Positions 51,394-62,849 of a stretch of DNA of 64,000 bases are shown here, one piece after another; positions within the stretch are counted from its first letter, which is position 1, and each line of letters starts with the position of its first letter. This stretch comes from Mytilus californianus (taxonomy: Eukaryota). The translations under genes and the position numbers were made by a program. Below the pieces are notes generated by a model. The model was given only the letters and a program-made list of their open reading frames with translations, made no database searches and had not been told where the DNA came from. The stretch covers positions 87,048,001 through 87,112,000 of the forward strand of contig NW_026262734.1 of the NCBI RefSeq assembly GCF_021869535.1, given 5' to 3'.

Positions 51394-53883
51394 TCTAAAA
51401 ATCAAACAGATAATGCAAACTTTCGAATCTATTAGTAAAGATGTATGTACACTCAAAAATTCCATGATAGTTCTATACCATAACAAAATGTATTATATTC
51501 ATTATGTCATACACAGATATGTAATTTTACTAAAGTCTCTTTTATTTCAAATATATCATTTGTATTCTCTGTATATGTACATGTACACTATTGTCGATAT
51601 TACTCTTAATGCCAGCATTAGCTATTCGTATGCATAACTTTTCTTTTTAAATGTCACTTGCCTCATGACAGCGCTAAGTATATCTTCATTTGCACATTTA
51701 AAAACGTGGAATGTTGAGGTAAATTGATTGGTCAGCTCGAGCTTATTTGCACTATTCTCAATTTCGTCAATTTTTTAGAATGAAATTTAAATCATTTGTA
51801 TCTGATTGTAAAACTTTTATATCAATGCATGTCTGTAGATATGGATCAAAATAGTAATTTTTATTACTCTAGTAAGAAGAATGATATCATAACAAAAACT
51901 CCAATATATATTATCAACATAGTATACTGTTTTTATTAAATGGACGCATACATTTTATATGAAGCGACGAAACCCAAATGATCACTTACATGTAGGACAT
52001 CGAACAACTTTGACGATATTTCAATGCTAGATCATTACAACACTAAACCATTATCAAAATAAAACGGGAACGACATTACATTGATGTTTCCATAATCTAT
52101 TGTATAAATGTACCATGCATTTTGTGATTATTTTTTTGCTTTGCATTTCAAAATACGCTCAAGTTATAACTTCTCTATCAATAAGGATAAACTTCAGTAC
52201 TTAGATCCAAAATATGTGTGTTCTAACATGTCTAAACAATATTCTTAATTTTCATTTAAAAAGGTTGAACTTGTAAATGGACATGTTTTTAACTTTGCAT
52301 GCCCGTCCCCATCATTTCCAGAAATTCAATTACGATCTACATATCTGAGATGTTTCTCTTACAGTATGTTAATCTTTAGTGTGTAGCGGGCTTATATTTC
52401 CCCTTCATTCATCCCATTTCCGTTACACACCTGCATGTAATAAATGGCTACTACATAACAATTATCAATGTATAGTACTGTGTTTAAATCTCCTTATGAT
52501 CATTTCAATTTTATATCCATGTACTCTTTGTCCACCGCATTTTGTATCTGTACGAGACGTCAGGCTATCTTCGCCGTGTGTTGGTAGTTGGTGATTGTCT
52601 CTGTTTATGAGTATGTTGTTTCTTGTCGAGGAGTAGGTTGTTGGTGGTCGATCTATTATACTGTCCAATATTTTTGTTAATTCTTATTTTACTTTTTTTG
52701 TATTACTTATTTATGCTAACAATGTTTATTGAAAACAATAATTTACTCTATCTATTTATGTATGTCTTTTGTGGTGTTTTTATCTACTAAGAGTTGTTGT
52801 TACATTTACATAACATTCTTTCCATTTATTATTAGATAAGTTGTGATAATATATAAATCACAGTTTTTTACAAAATAAAAAGTATAAATGTCTCCTTTTT
52901 TACACTTCTGGGACTTTATGGTGGTACTGTTATAGCAAAATAAAAGAAGGACACACACTGTTGAGAATAATTGTTTTGAAATTATCAATGACGGTAAAAC
53001 ATACTTATAAAGTATCTAAAGTATTCAGTTTCTCGAATTCAGTTGTCTTCTGAAAATGCCTGTAAAAAGTTATGAATATGGCAGTTGTTTTTCATTTTTT
53101 CGGTTGATTGATAGCGTTTGATTTTGACAGTTTTTATGGACTTTCCCTTTTTGAGTTCGATATTTTTGTTATACTTTTGTACTGTCCATTTTTTTTTTTA
53201 TTCTTGTTTTACATTTTTTGTATTACTTATTTATGTTAACAATGTTTATTAAAAACAATATTTTAATCTTTCTATCTAAGGGAGATAATCGAACTTACTA
53301 ATGCTTCCCTAACTAATAGTATTGCCGGGTAGATGTACCCTGTTGTGAGTTCATTCGTTGTTCTTAATCTGTTTTTTATTAATTTTTCTCACTTTGTTTA
53401 AAAGGAAAGTAATAATTTTTCCGTCAAATTTTAGTCATCAATCATCAATTTACAATTTATACTAATATTACCTGCTCAATGTATTTTTTTTTTTTTTTTT
53501 TTTTGTGTATTTGTATATTTGGGATAATGTATGAATTATAAATGTATTCTTAATTTTATGATTTAATAATTTTTCGTCATGTTTTAATTAATAAGCGATT
53601 GACATTTAAAATGTACATCCTGTTTGATATGTATTCAACTTTAATTGTTAGATATTGCTTTAAAAAGTTTACTTTCATAAAAAGTTTAGAAAAAAATGAT
53701 ATTTTCAAACAGCCTAAATATTTTCCATCCAAGTAAGGCACCGACGATTCGTGGATCTTTTAGGGGGATTGGGTAGTTTTTGTATATGCATTGATTGGCA
53801 ACGTTCATTAAGGGATGATAATTATCGACCCTCAAATTCCACGAATTATAATATCACTAATAAAAGTAAACATCTTAGTCGTA

Positions 53884-54590
53884 ATTTTTAGCTCACCTGG
53901 CCTGAAGGGCCAAGTGAGCATTTCTCATCACTTGGCGTCTGTCGTCCGTCGTCGTCGTCTGTTAACTTTTACAAAAATATTCTCTTTTGAAACTACTGGG
54001 CCAAATATCTAGTTACAAAATGTGTCCGATGACCCGGCTGCCAACCGAGATGGCCGACATGGCTAAAAATAGAACATAGGGGTGAAATGCAAGTTTTGTC
54101 TATTATTTTGAAAAACGTTATAAATAGAGAAAATCTGACAGGGCAGAAATGTTCAGAATGTTGAGCTCTACCAATTGTCTATATACGTCAAAACTGTCAG
54201 ACGACTTCCTATAGGAGTTATTGCCCTTAAACATGTTAAAGACAAATTTTACCATTTTTCTATTTTTCATTTTTTGACTATTATCTTGAAAACTATAATA
54301 AATAGAAGGAATCTTTAAATACAAAAATGAACAGCAAGACAAGTTCTACAATTAAGGCTTATGGTCGAAATCATCACTCGATTCCTTATAAGAGTTATTG
54401 GCCTTTGAGGATTATTACCAATTTTTTTGCCATTTTGCCTTATATCTTAAAAATTATAATAGATAGATAGAAATTTGAATAAGCAAAAATGATCAGCAAG
54501 ACAAGATCTCAACTTAAAACGGTATGGAAGAAATCGACCGACGATTCCTTTTTGGAGTTATTGCCCATTAAAGACGATTTTTGCCATGTT
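53884..54590 (+). mobile_element. Helentron-associated (HINE/DINE-1-like) non-autonomous element
   Basis: TTTTTAGCTCACCTG...AAGTGAGC short inverted repeat, (GTC)n microsatellite, then 3-4 degenerate internal units of about 165 bp. Confidence 0.6.
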
Positions 54591-56412
54591 TTTGCGTTAC
54601 TTGTGTCTTTTTTGTTGTTGGATGTATAGATATGCTGCCCAGTCCGGTCTGTGTTTTTGTTATATGTTTTCTGCTTTGTATCGATCTGATGAGTTAATAT
54701 AAATAAGAAGATGTGGTATGAGTGCCAATGAGACAACTCTCCATCCAAGTCACAATGTATAAAAAGTTAACAATTATATGTCAAAATACGGCCTTCCACA
54801 CGGAGCCTTGGCTCACACCGAACAGACCTTTTCAACTAAATTTTAAAGTTGGTTTTTATTTTGTACTGTTACACCACAGTCCCAGGTCAGGGGGGAGGGG
54901 TTTGGCGCCATTGGATAGTTGTCTCATTGGCAATCATACCACATCTCCTGATTTTTATCTAATGAAAAGATATGTAAAAATATCTGCAAATGCAAATCAA
55001 CAAGCTGTAGTGAATAATAACAGTAATGATGTCGAAATGTCTTCATAAGTTTGCACTCTTACGCTGAAAATATATTTTTGATTATTGTTTTGCTAAAGTT
55101 TGCTAGTTTTTTTTTTTTGTTTTTTTTTTGTCCAGCTTACCTTCAGTTGCATCTTTTAAATTGCAAATAATTGTTGATTTGATATTACTACGTTTGATTA
55201 AAAGGATAAAATATGGTCGTACTCTTTCAACAGAAAAAAGAAAAGAAAAACGACATACTGAAATATATAAATACAAAAAAGCAAGTATAAAAACCACGTG
55301 TTAATAAAAATTAATTAAAAAAGAAGTGGTGATATGATTGTCAATTAGACAACTATTTAACAGAGACCATATGACATGGACACCGTGTTTTAGGCTATCA
55401 TTAATCACAAGACATGATGTAAAACAATTAAACTAAAAGGCGACATGTTGTCCTGGTGTCAGATTTTTGAATAACCGAATGTTGCCTGATCTGTGATTTT
55501 TACCTGTCCTTTCCTATTCCCGATTGTGAGTGTGGTTTTGTATGGCTGTTGTTGCATGCATAGCAGAAGACACTTACCCTGTCCACGCATCTTGTCTCGC
55601 TCCTTTCGCCGTACATGCGATTCTCGCAGTTTTTATACAATTACTAAGATTTTGTATGATTAACAAACTATTCACTAATTACCAAATGACGTAGATGTAA
55701 GCAATCATAAAGCACTGTACTCAATAATGAGCAAAACCCAAACCGTTTGGTAAACTATAACAGGCTCCAAAATGTCAAAATGTATAACAATTCAAACGAA
55801 AAATCCAAATGTTTGAGTATGATCAAAATAATTTACAAAAACAATTATGACAGACATGCAGCGACCAACGACAACACCTTAAAGGCTTCTACTTGGGACT
55901 GGCACATAAAAATGTTCCGTGCCGATGATAAACATAATAGCGGACTCTGGAATTTCCTCTAGCCTGTGACAGTAATAACAGCACAACATCAAACGAAATT
56001 TTAAAATCAGTTAAAAAAGGCTCGGCTCATCAGATAGACACAAATAAAAAACAACAAACACAAGGACCAGTGTTTGATATTGACGTTTGATTACCCTAGA
56101 TAATTTAAAGTAGATCACGGGCAAGTAAAAGCTGCAGTGTACTTGTGCGATATAAAGTTGGAAACATGTAAAATAAAGATTCTAGCCTCACTTTATCCAG
56201 AAATCGTCATTTTAATCAACCCTGACAATATCGTCAAATTCACTGATTTTTTTAGTAATACCCTTGTTTTTTTCCTTTCTAACTATAGCGAATTTAAAAT
56301 TATTGGCCAATCCAATCTTATTTATCTTTAACTACCTTAAAATATTAATCATATTTTCGTACATAGAACAGGTGCTTTGGTTGTTGACGCACATTTGAAT
56401 TGACCAATTAAA

Positions 56413-56415
<3 letters not shown>

Positions 56416-56445
<30 letters not shown>
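56416..56445. repeat. (TA)n microsatellite
   Basis: Direct reading; shorter runs at about 45586 and 48505. Confidence 0.9.
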
Positions 56446-56449
<4 letters not shown>

Positions 56450-56679
56450 CAAAATAGAATCATGTGTCGACCCCAAACTCGAGATGAACATATGGCAGCA
56501 TACACTTGGTAAACTTGTTTTTGTATTTCAGAGAAATCAAAAACTAAACATGATGAAATAATTATGTGTTCAAAATTGCAGTTTATATTGCATCGATATT
56601 TCTTAAGCAAGTATATACAATTTGGACAAGTGGTTTCGAGGAAAATGGCAGGGTCATTTCCCTGAGGGTTTCTTATCGT

Positions 56680-56810
56680 CGAGTTGCAAGTTGCGAGTTG
56701 AAAAGGCCGAGTTGTGAGTTGCAAAAGTCGAGTTACGTGTTAAGAAATTCGAGTTGCGAATTACGAAGGTCGAATTGCGAGTTACGAAGGTCGAGTTGCG
56801 AGTTACAATA
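56680..56810 (+). repeat. 21-bp minisatellite with 7-bp sub-period (GAGTTGC GAGTTAC GAAGGTC)n
   Basis: Direct reading; the same array occurs inverted at about 59065-59228. Confidence 0.85.
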
Positions 56811-57288
56811 ATATTATGTTTCTCTAATTTCTTAAGAATTATATATATATAAACGGTCGTATATATAAACGGCCGGGTCGTCTGATTTTTGAAATAGAAT
56901 TTTCAGGTTTACTTCGTTTTTAATAAACAAAGCATATATGTACCCGAACTTAGTTATACGCTACATGAGGAAGTGTCCCGGTATTTAGATTACAGGATTT
57001 GAAAGAGTTATGTGATACATATTTATAAGAGTCTATATGTTGCAAAGTCACGCACGCTTAAATTTCTTTCATGAGAGCGACATTGTTCATTTTCTAAAAT
57101 AAAACAGGATATACTGTAGATATAAGACAAAATGTATACCATACTGAACAAATCAAGCATAAGAAAATAAATCATGTAGACAAATTAAATATACTTGCAA
57201 ATTATCGACATCTCACAGAATATAGCATGCACTGCGTTAGGCCTAAAGTAAATACTTATCAAATGTACCAGGCTTATAATATTTTCTA

Positions 57289-57330
57289 CGCCAGACGCGC
57301 GTTTCGTCTATACAAGACTCATCAGTGACG
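57289..57330 (-). ncRNA. Minimal type I hammerhead ribozyme, intact core
   Basis: Reverse complement reads CGTCA-CTGATGA-GTCttgtataGAC-GAAA-CGCGCG-TC-TGGCG. Confidence 0.8.
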
Positions 57331-59064
57331 CTTGATTAAAGGATATTCATTAGCATACCAAGTGCTAACTCTTCGTCTTTCGCAAAGATTTAGGGTATAT
57401 AGGCACAATTGTACATTTAACTTAGGAAAATATCTCATGAGTTAGTCAGAAATGTGATATGCTATGTGCTTTATGTGATAAATTAAATAATTTTGAACTT
57501 TGTTAACTTTGTGATTCAACCCCAAGCAGAGAGTGTATATATATACCAAATAGTTAATAATCGAGTTGTTCAATGTATGTATATCTGAATACTACAACGC
57601 AAAAATAAGCATGCTATATATGTCTTTCTATGGCATTATGGTAAATTCCTGGCATAGGAGATCATAATATGGATTTTTTTTTTAATTTGGAAAGTCTTTA
57701 TTTTACAATAAGCTATACCGCTGTTACAAAAAATAAAGGAACAGTTTTAAGGAATGTTAGTGCGTGTGTTTTTACGGTATGAGCACGGAAGCCTTGTCTG
57801 TCACAAGTTTACCTTTTTTACCTGCATGCAGCCTTGATACAAATGTTATAGTTTCAGATATCAGCTGGATATTGTACATTTTTCTAAATAAAAATGTGCT
57901 TCCTTTTCATTTTAATATCATGCCTGTCACGAGATCACCCGAAAAAAGTTAAACCCGGGTAAGTATGGCATCAAGTTGTATTTTTCAAATAACTAACAAC
58001 TCTTTAAAACTGCACTTTTTTCATATTGATGTAAAATGTTTTGACGTTTTATACAGACAATTCAAACTCTATTTAATCAGTTTCCCACCTACTGCACAAT
58101 GAGTTCCGTGTCAAAAAAAAAGTTAAAAGATTTATATTTGTCAGCATGTTATTCCTAAAGAACTTGATTGATTTGGGTATGATTAAAATGTTTTTTAGAA
58201 AGAAGTTACATATTCCAAAACTGCGTCTTTTGTCTCTTTTACAAAAGTATCTTTGACAGCTACATGTATAGAATAAAGAATAGAAACGGGGAATGTGTCA
58301 AAGAGACAACAACCCAACCAAAATATACAAGTCAACCCAAGGCCACCAATGGGTCTTCAACACAGCGAGAAATCCCACACCCAGAGACAGCCCCGAACAG
58401 GCCCCGAAACACAATGTAAACTAGATCGAGAAAATGGACGCCATTCTATGCTCCGAAACATATAGATGAACCAAAATTAAAAAATATACAAGACCAACAA
58501 AGGCAAGAGGTTCCTGACTTAGGGAAAACGCAAAAAATTCGGCGGGGTTAAACAGGTTTTATGAGCGCTCAACCTTCCACCTTCACCTCTAGCCAATGTA
58601 GACATACATGTATATAACTTAAACGTCTACAATTTTGAGTGTCACTGCCAAAGAAAAATTTGTTCGGTCCCTAACAAATATTGCCCCTGCAGCTGCCCCA
58701 AAGAGCCCACTCTTAACTAAATCGGCAAAAGGGGTCTTTTACATATATGCACTATAGTTTAGTTGCTATCTCCCTTTACGTTTAATATGACGGTGCTAGC
58801 TATGAAATTTAATAATGATTAAACTACAAGCCATTCGCTGTATTTCAAAAGGCTATATGTTTCTTCAGAAAATAACCATACTTTGAGTAGTGATTATGTA
58901 AGCAATCCATTATTTTTTTTTAAACGAGACTCAGATGAAGTCCAAACAACAAAAAGAATCAGCAATACTGTATACAATTCTATAAGCAATCATCATTCAA
59001 AAATGTTAAAGAGGTACACAAACAAAAATTAAAATAGTTTTCCCATTTTCACGCAAATCTAATT

Positions 59065-59228
59065 TTGTAACTCGCAACTCGACTTTCGTAACTCGCAACT
59101 CGACCCTCGTAACTCGCACCTCGACCTTCTTAACTCGCAACTCGACCTTCGTAACTCGTAACTCGACCTTCGTAACTCGCAACTCGACTTTCGTAACTCG
59201 CAACTCGACTTTTGTAACTCGCAACTCT
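59065..59228 (-). repeat. Inverted copy of the 21-bp minisatellite, about 7.5 units
   Basis: (GTAACTCGCAACTCGACYTTC)n on +. Confidence 0.9.
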
Positions 59229-59282
59229 ATACTCGACAACAAGTGAATCTCCATTTCCCTAAAGGGGAAGGTGTTAACAAAG

Positions 59283-60110
59283 TTGAATGTCTGAAAGTAC
59301 CTAACAGCCACGTTAGTCTATTCTCCAGGACCCAACACATCGTGTTTCTGCAGTACAGAATAGGACAAACTCTACAATATTCCGTGGCTCATATGAAGGG
59401 TGGGTGCTTCATCAGGGGTCCTGATCCAATCCTTCATGTTGTACTAAGCTTTGACTATCGAGCTACTCAGTATTTCTTTTAAGTTCCGATGTCTACTATA
59501 CGCCACCATTGCGAAGTAGTTTTTTATAATGTTTTCGCAAAGCTTTATTTATATTTCCTAACGAAAAGTGATATTTAGTTACAAATACTAGTGGTATCTG
59601 CTTGTCAGATTCTTGTTTAAAGCGGAGTAACTCTGATCGTTCGATATTGAGAGCCGATTCACAGTTACGATGTATTTCATGATCCTTATATCCCCTTTGC
59701 TTGAGATGGCCTTTGAATTTACAAATTGTATCTTTTAAATTTTGCGTGTTGCTGTTGTTTCGGTGGTGGCGAATAGCATCCCTTTTATAAATCCAGAGAA
59801 AACTGTTGGGTAATGCATAGACGTCCTATCTAAATATTGAAATATATTAGTAGGTTTGATGTAGCACTTTATATCAAGAATACCGGTGTTCCTGAACCTC
59901 AACCTTTTATGTACGACTGTATCGAGAAAAATAATTTCTTCGTTTGAAATTTCATAAGTAAACTTTAATAAAGGGTGGTGATCATTTGCTATTTTAAAAA
60001 ACTCCTCAACCTCTTCTCGTGATGAATGAGCTATTATAAACGCATCATCTCTATACCTTCCGTAAAATAAGATCTTATTTTCATACTTATATTTTTCAAT
60101 AATTTACATG
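59283..60110 (-). mobile_element. Inverted, 5'-truncated second copy of the same PLE (RT C-half plus terminal repeat)
   Basis: Reverse complement of about 61530-62370 with scattered substitutions, a 35-nt deletion in the thumb, and YLDRTSMHYPTVF retained where the + copy is deleted. Confidence 0.88.
59327..59422 (-). ncRNA. Second copy of the hammerhead-like motif (CTGATGA core)
   Basis: Same architecture in the inverted PLE copy; core box differs only at the free N7 position. Confidence 0.5.
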
Positions 60111-60788
60111 TTGAATGTCTGAAAGTACCTAAAAGCCACGTTTGCCTATTCTCCAGGACCCAACACATCGTGTTCCTGCAGTACAGAATAGGACAAACTC
60201 TTCTGTGATGTTCTTCATTTGATCCCTAAACAAATTGTTCATTTCAACATTGCCCAGATCAGGGGTGCATCTCATATTCAGGTGACAGACGGGCGCGGCA
60301 TATTATTATATGTTTTGCCGTACACCATTCCTTCTCTGGCTTTTGCTATGCTGAGTCTCTGATTCATTACCTCATCTATTCGGTTAACAGCTTCAAAAGC
60401 AATATCTATGGGTGATGGTCCGGTACTGTTATTTAGATCTGTTAGGTCCAGATCATCGAAGTCACTGTCGTTCATTTCATTAGCAGCGATCGCGAGTGCT
60501 TCTTGGTTTAATGGTGGATGTGAACTGTCCATCTTTCTACTTTTCTTTAATTTTAGCTTGTTCCTTCCTGTCTTATTCATAATATGAATGAAATAATCGA
60601 ACTAGGTTACCAGAGATTCTTTTAGCTCTGCTTTTTCCAAACTCATAAATTAACACGTGTCAGCAAATTTTTGACAATGGCGAGACTTAAGAATGCCTTG
60701 CAGAAACACTTATCAAGTGTGAGTCCCTGAGTGTTGAATGTCTGAAAGTACCTAGCAGCCACGTTTGCCTATTCTCCAGGACCCAACA
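60111..60788 (-). mobile_element. PLE terminal-repeat fragments (60111-60210, 60733-60788) enclosing a probable PLE 5' region with ORF start (60580-60278)
   Basis: Both fragments match the element 3' end (GTTGAATGTCTGAAAGTACC...GGACCCAACA on +); between them a 100-codon ATG ORF MNKTGRNKLKLKKSRK... Confidence 0.6.
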
Positions 60789-61064
60789 GATGAGCTCAAC
60801 ATCATGATTTATTATTAAATAGATGTACGATAAAATGTGTGCATTCAGTTCCCATTTGTCTGTGATTGCAGACAGCTGGTTTTCCCATTGTGGTTTGTTT
60901 TAGGCGTAAAGGTTATAACTGTGATCGCAATTATAACTATCAGAATTGCAATCGTCAATATTAAGAATGGCTCGCAGATTTAAAAAAGAAAGTAAAAACT
61001 GTTAAACAAAAAATAAGAAAACTCGATCGGGTTTCTAGAAAGAAAAGACAAAAAAAAGCAAACG

Positions 61065-62210
61065 ATGGCAGTAAATGAATTGCCCCCATGCAGACCAATT
61101 ATTTCTCAATGTAACTCTGTCACCGAAAGGGTTAGCAAATTTATTGATTACTTTTTGATACCTATAGTTAAAAGACAGACCAGTTACATTAGAAATAGTG
61201 GGGATTTCATAAATAAAATAGAAAGTTTATGGCCTGATCGGGATTGCCTTTTAATCTCTTTTGACTGCACCAGCATGTATACAAACATGGAGTTCAATGA
61301 ACTCATTTAATCTGTTGGACGGGCTTATAGCAGTGCAGTAATAGAAGATTATCCGATAAAATTACCTAGCTGTGAAACAATTAAATCGTTAGTAGCCACA
61401 GTGTTGAAAAACAATTATTTTGAATTTAATGACCGATACTTTGTACAGAAAATAGGCGCTAGTATGGGAAGTAAATGCAGCCAAGAAATTTGTTATATTA
61501 GAGCATTCGAAGTTATCAATGAAATTAGTAAAAAATATAAGTATAAAAATAAGATCTTATTTTACGGAAGGTATAGAGATGATGCGTTTATAATAGCTCA
61601 TTCATCACGAGAAGAGGTTGAGAAGGTTTTTTTTAAATAGCAAATGATCATCACCCTTTATTAAAGTTTACTTATGAAATTTCAAACGAAGAAATTATTT
61701 TTCTCGATACAGTCGTACATAAAGGGTTGAGGTTCAGGAACACCGGTATCCTTGATATAAAGAGCTACATCAAACCTACTAATACATTTCAATATTTAGA
61801 TGTATAACCTAACAGTCTTCTCTGCATTGATAAAAGGGGAAGCTATTCGCCACCACCGAAACAACAGCAACACAAAGAATTTAAAAGATACAATTTGTAA
61901 ATTCAAATGCCATCTTAAGCAAAGGGGATATAAGGAGCATGAAATACATCGTAACTGTGAATCGGCTCTCAATATCGAACGATCAGAGTTACGAAACTTT
62001 AAACAAGAATCTGACAAGCAGATACCACTAGTATTTGTAACTAAATATCACTTTTCGTTAGGAAATATAAATAAAGCTTTGCGAAAACATTATAAAAAAC
62101 TACTTCGCTATGCGAAATGTAGTGAGCTATTTCCAAAACCACCAATGGTGGCGTATAGTAGACATCGGAACTTAAAAGAAATACTGACCAGCTCGATAGT
62201 CAAAGCTTAG
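61065..62210 (+). mobile_element. Decayed Penelope-like retroelement RT (one stop, a frameshift and a deletion)
   Basis: PCRPIISQCNS..TERVSKFIDYFL, LLISFDCTSMYTN, KIGASMGS, GRYRDDAF, IKFTYE/IIFLDT, YIKPTNTFQYL, KGEAIR, PKPPMVAYSRHRNLKEIL are PLE RT and thumb motifs; TAA at 61308-61310, frameshift near 61637. Confidence 0.88.
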
Positions 62211-62231
62211 TACAACATGAAGAATTGGGTC

Positions 62232-62327
62232 AGGACCCCTGACGAAGCACCCACCCTTCATAAAAGCCACGGAATATTGTAGAGTTTGTCCTATTCTGTA
62301 CTGCAGAAACACGATGTGTTGGGTCCT
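62232..62327 (+). ncRNA. Candidate type I hammerhead-like ribozyme in the PLE terminal repeat
   Basis: AGGACCC-CTGACGA-[60 nt]-GAAA-CACgatGTG-TT-GGGTCCT: 7-bp stem I, core boxes, stem III, GUU site; stem II junction is non-canonical. Confidence 0.5.
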
Positions 62328-62849
62328 GGAGAATAGGCAAACATGGCTGTTAGGTACTTTCAGACATTCAAAACATACACTTGGTAAACTTTTTTTGTAT
62401 TTCAGAGACATAAAAAATTAACCATGATGAAATAATTATGTGTTATATTGCATCGATATTTCTTAAGCAAGTATATACAATATGGACAAGTAGTTTCGAG
62501 GAAATATCAGGGTCATTTCCCTAAAGGAGACGAAGTTAACAAAGTTAACATCAAACCCTGAAGACTAAAGACACGAAAAACCGATCTAAGTGAACCGACA
62601 ATTACTGAAAACTAGTTCAAAGTTTATGACAACTTATATATAAGTATGTTTCCCAGACTAAAATCAATCAGTTACTGTACACAACCATCGAATTAAGTGT
62701 AAGTATGTCAAAAGCAGTCTGAAAAAACGTCACCTTGTGCAATGCTAAAATACAAGTTTCGACAGGATGCAAGACCGTCGGCTCAACTGTAATATACGGC
62801 AGAAGTAGTTCTTTACCATATTATATATGCATATGTAAATGCTCTTTTG

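Noticed and set aside
51242-51637. 131-aa ORF overlapping the last exon
   Set aside because: Alternative frame running into the 3' UTR; the TM-containing frame is the one that splices correctly.
59251-59270. TTAGGG next to the 3' end of the nuclease-less PLE (minus strand)
   Set aside because: Single hexamer only; not evidence of telomeric priming.
59006-59311. ORF with (ELRVTKV)n repeats, and ORF 56566..56811
   Set aside because: Translations of the 21-bp minisatellite; no splice or start context.
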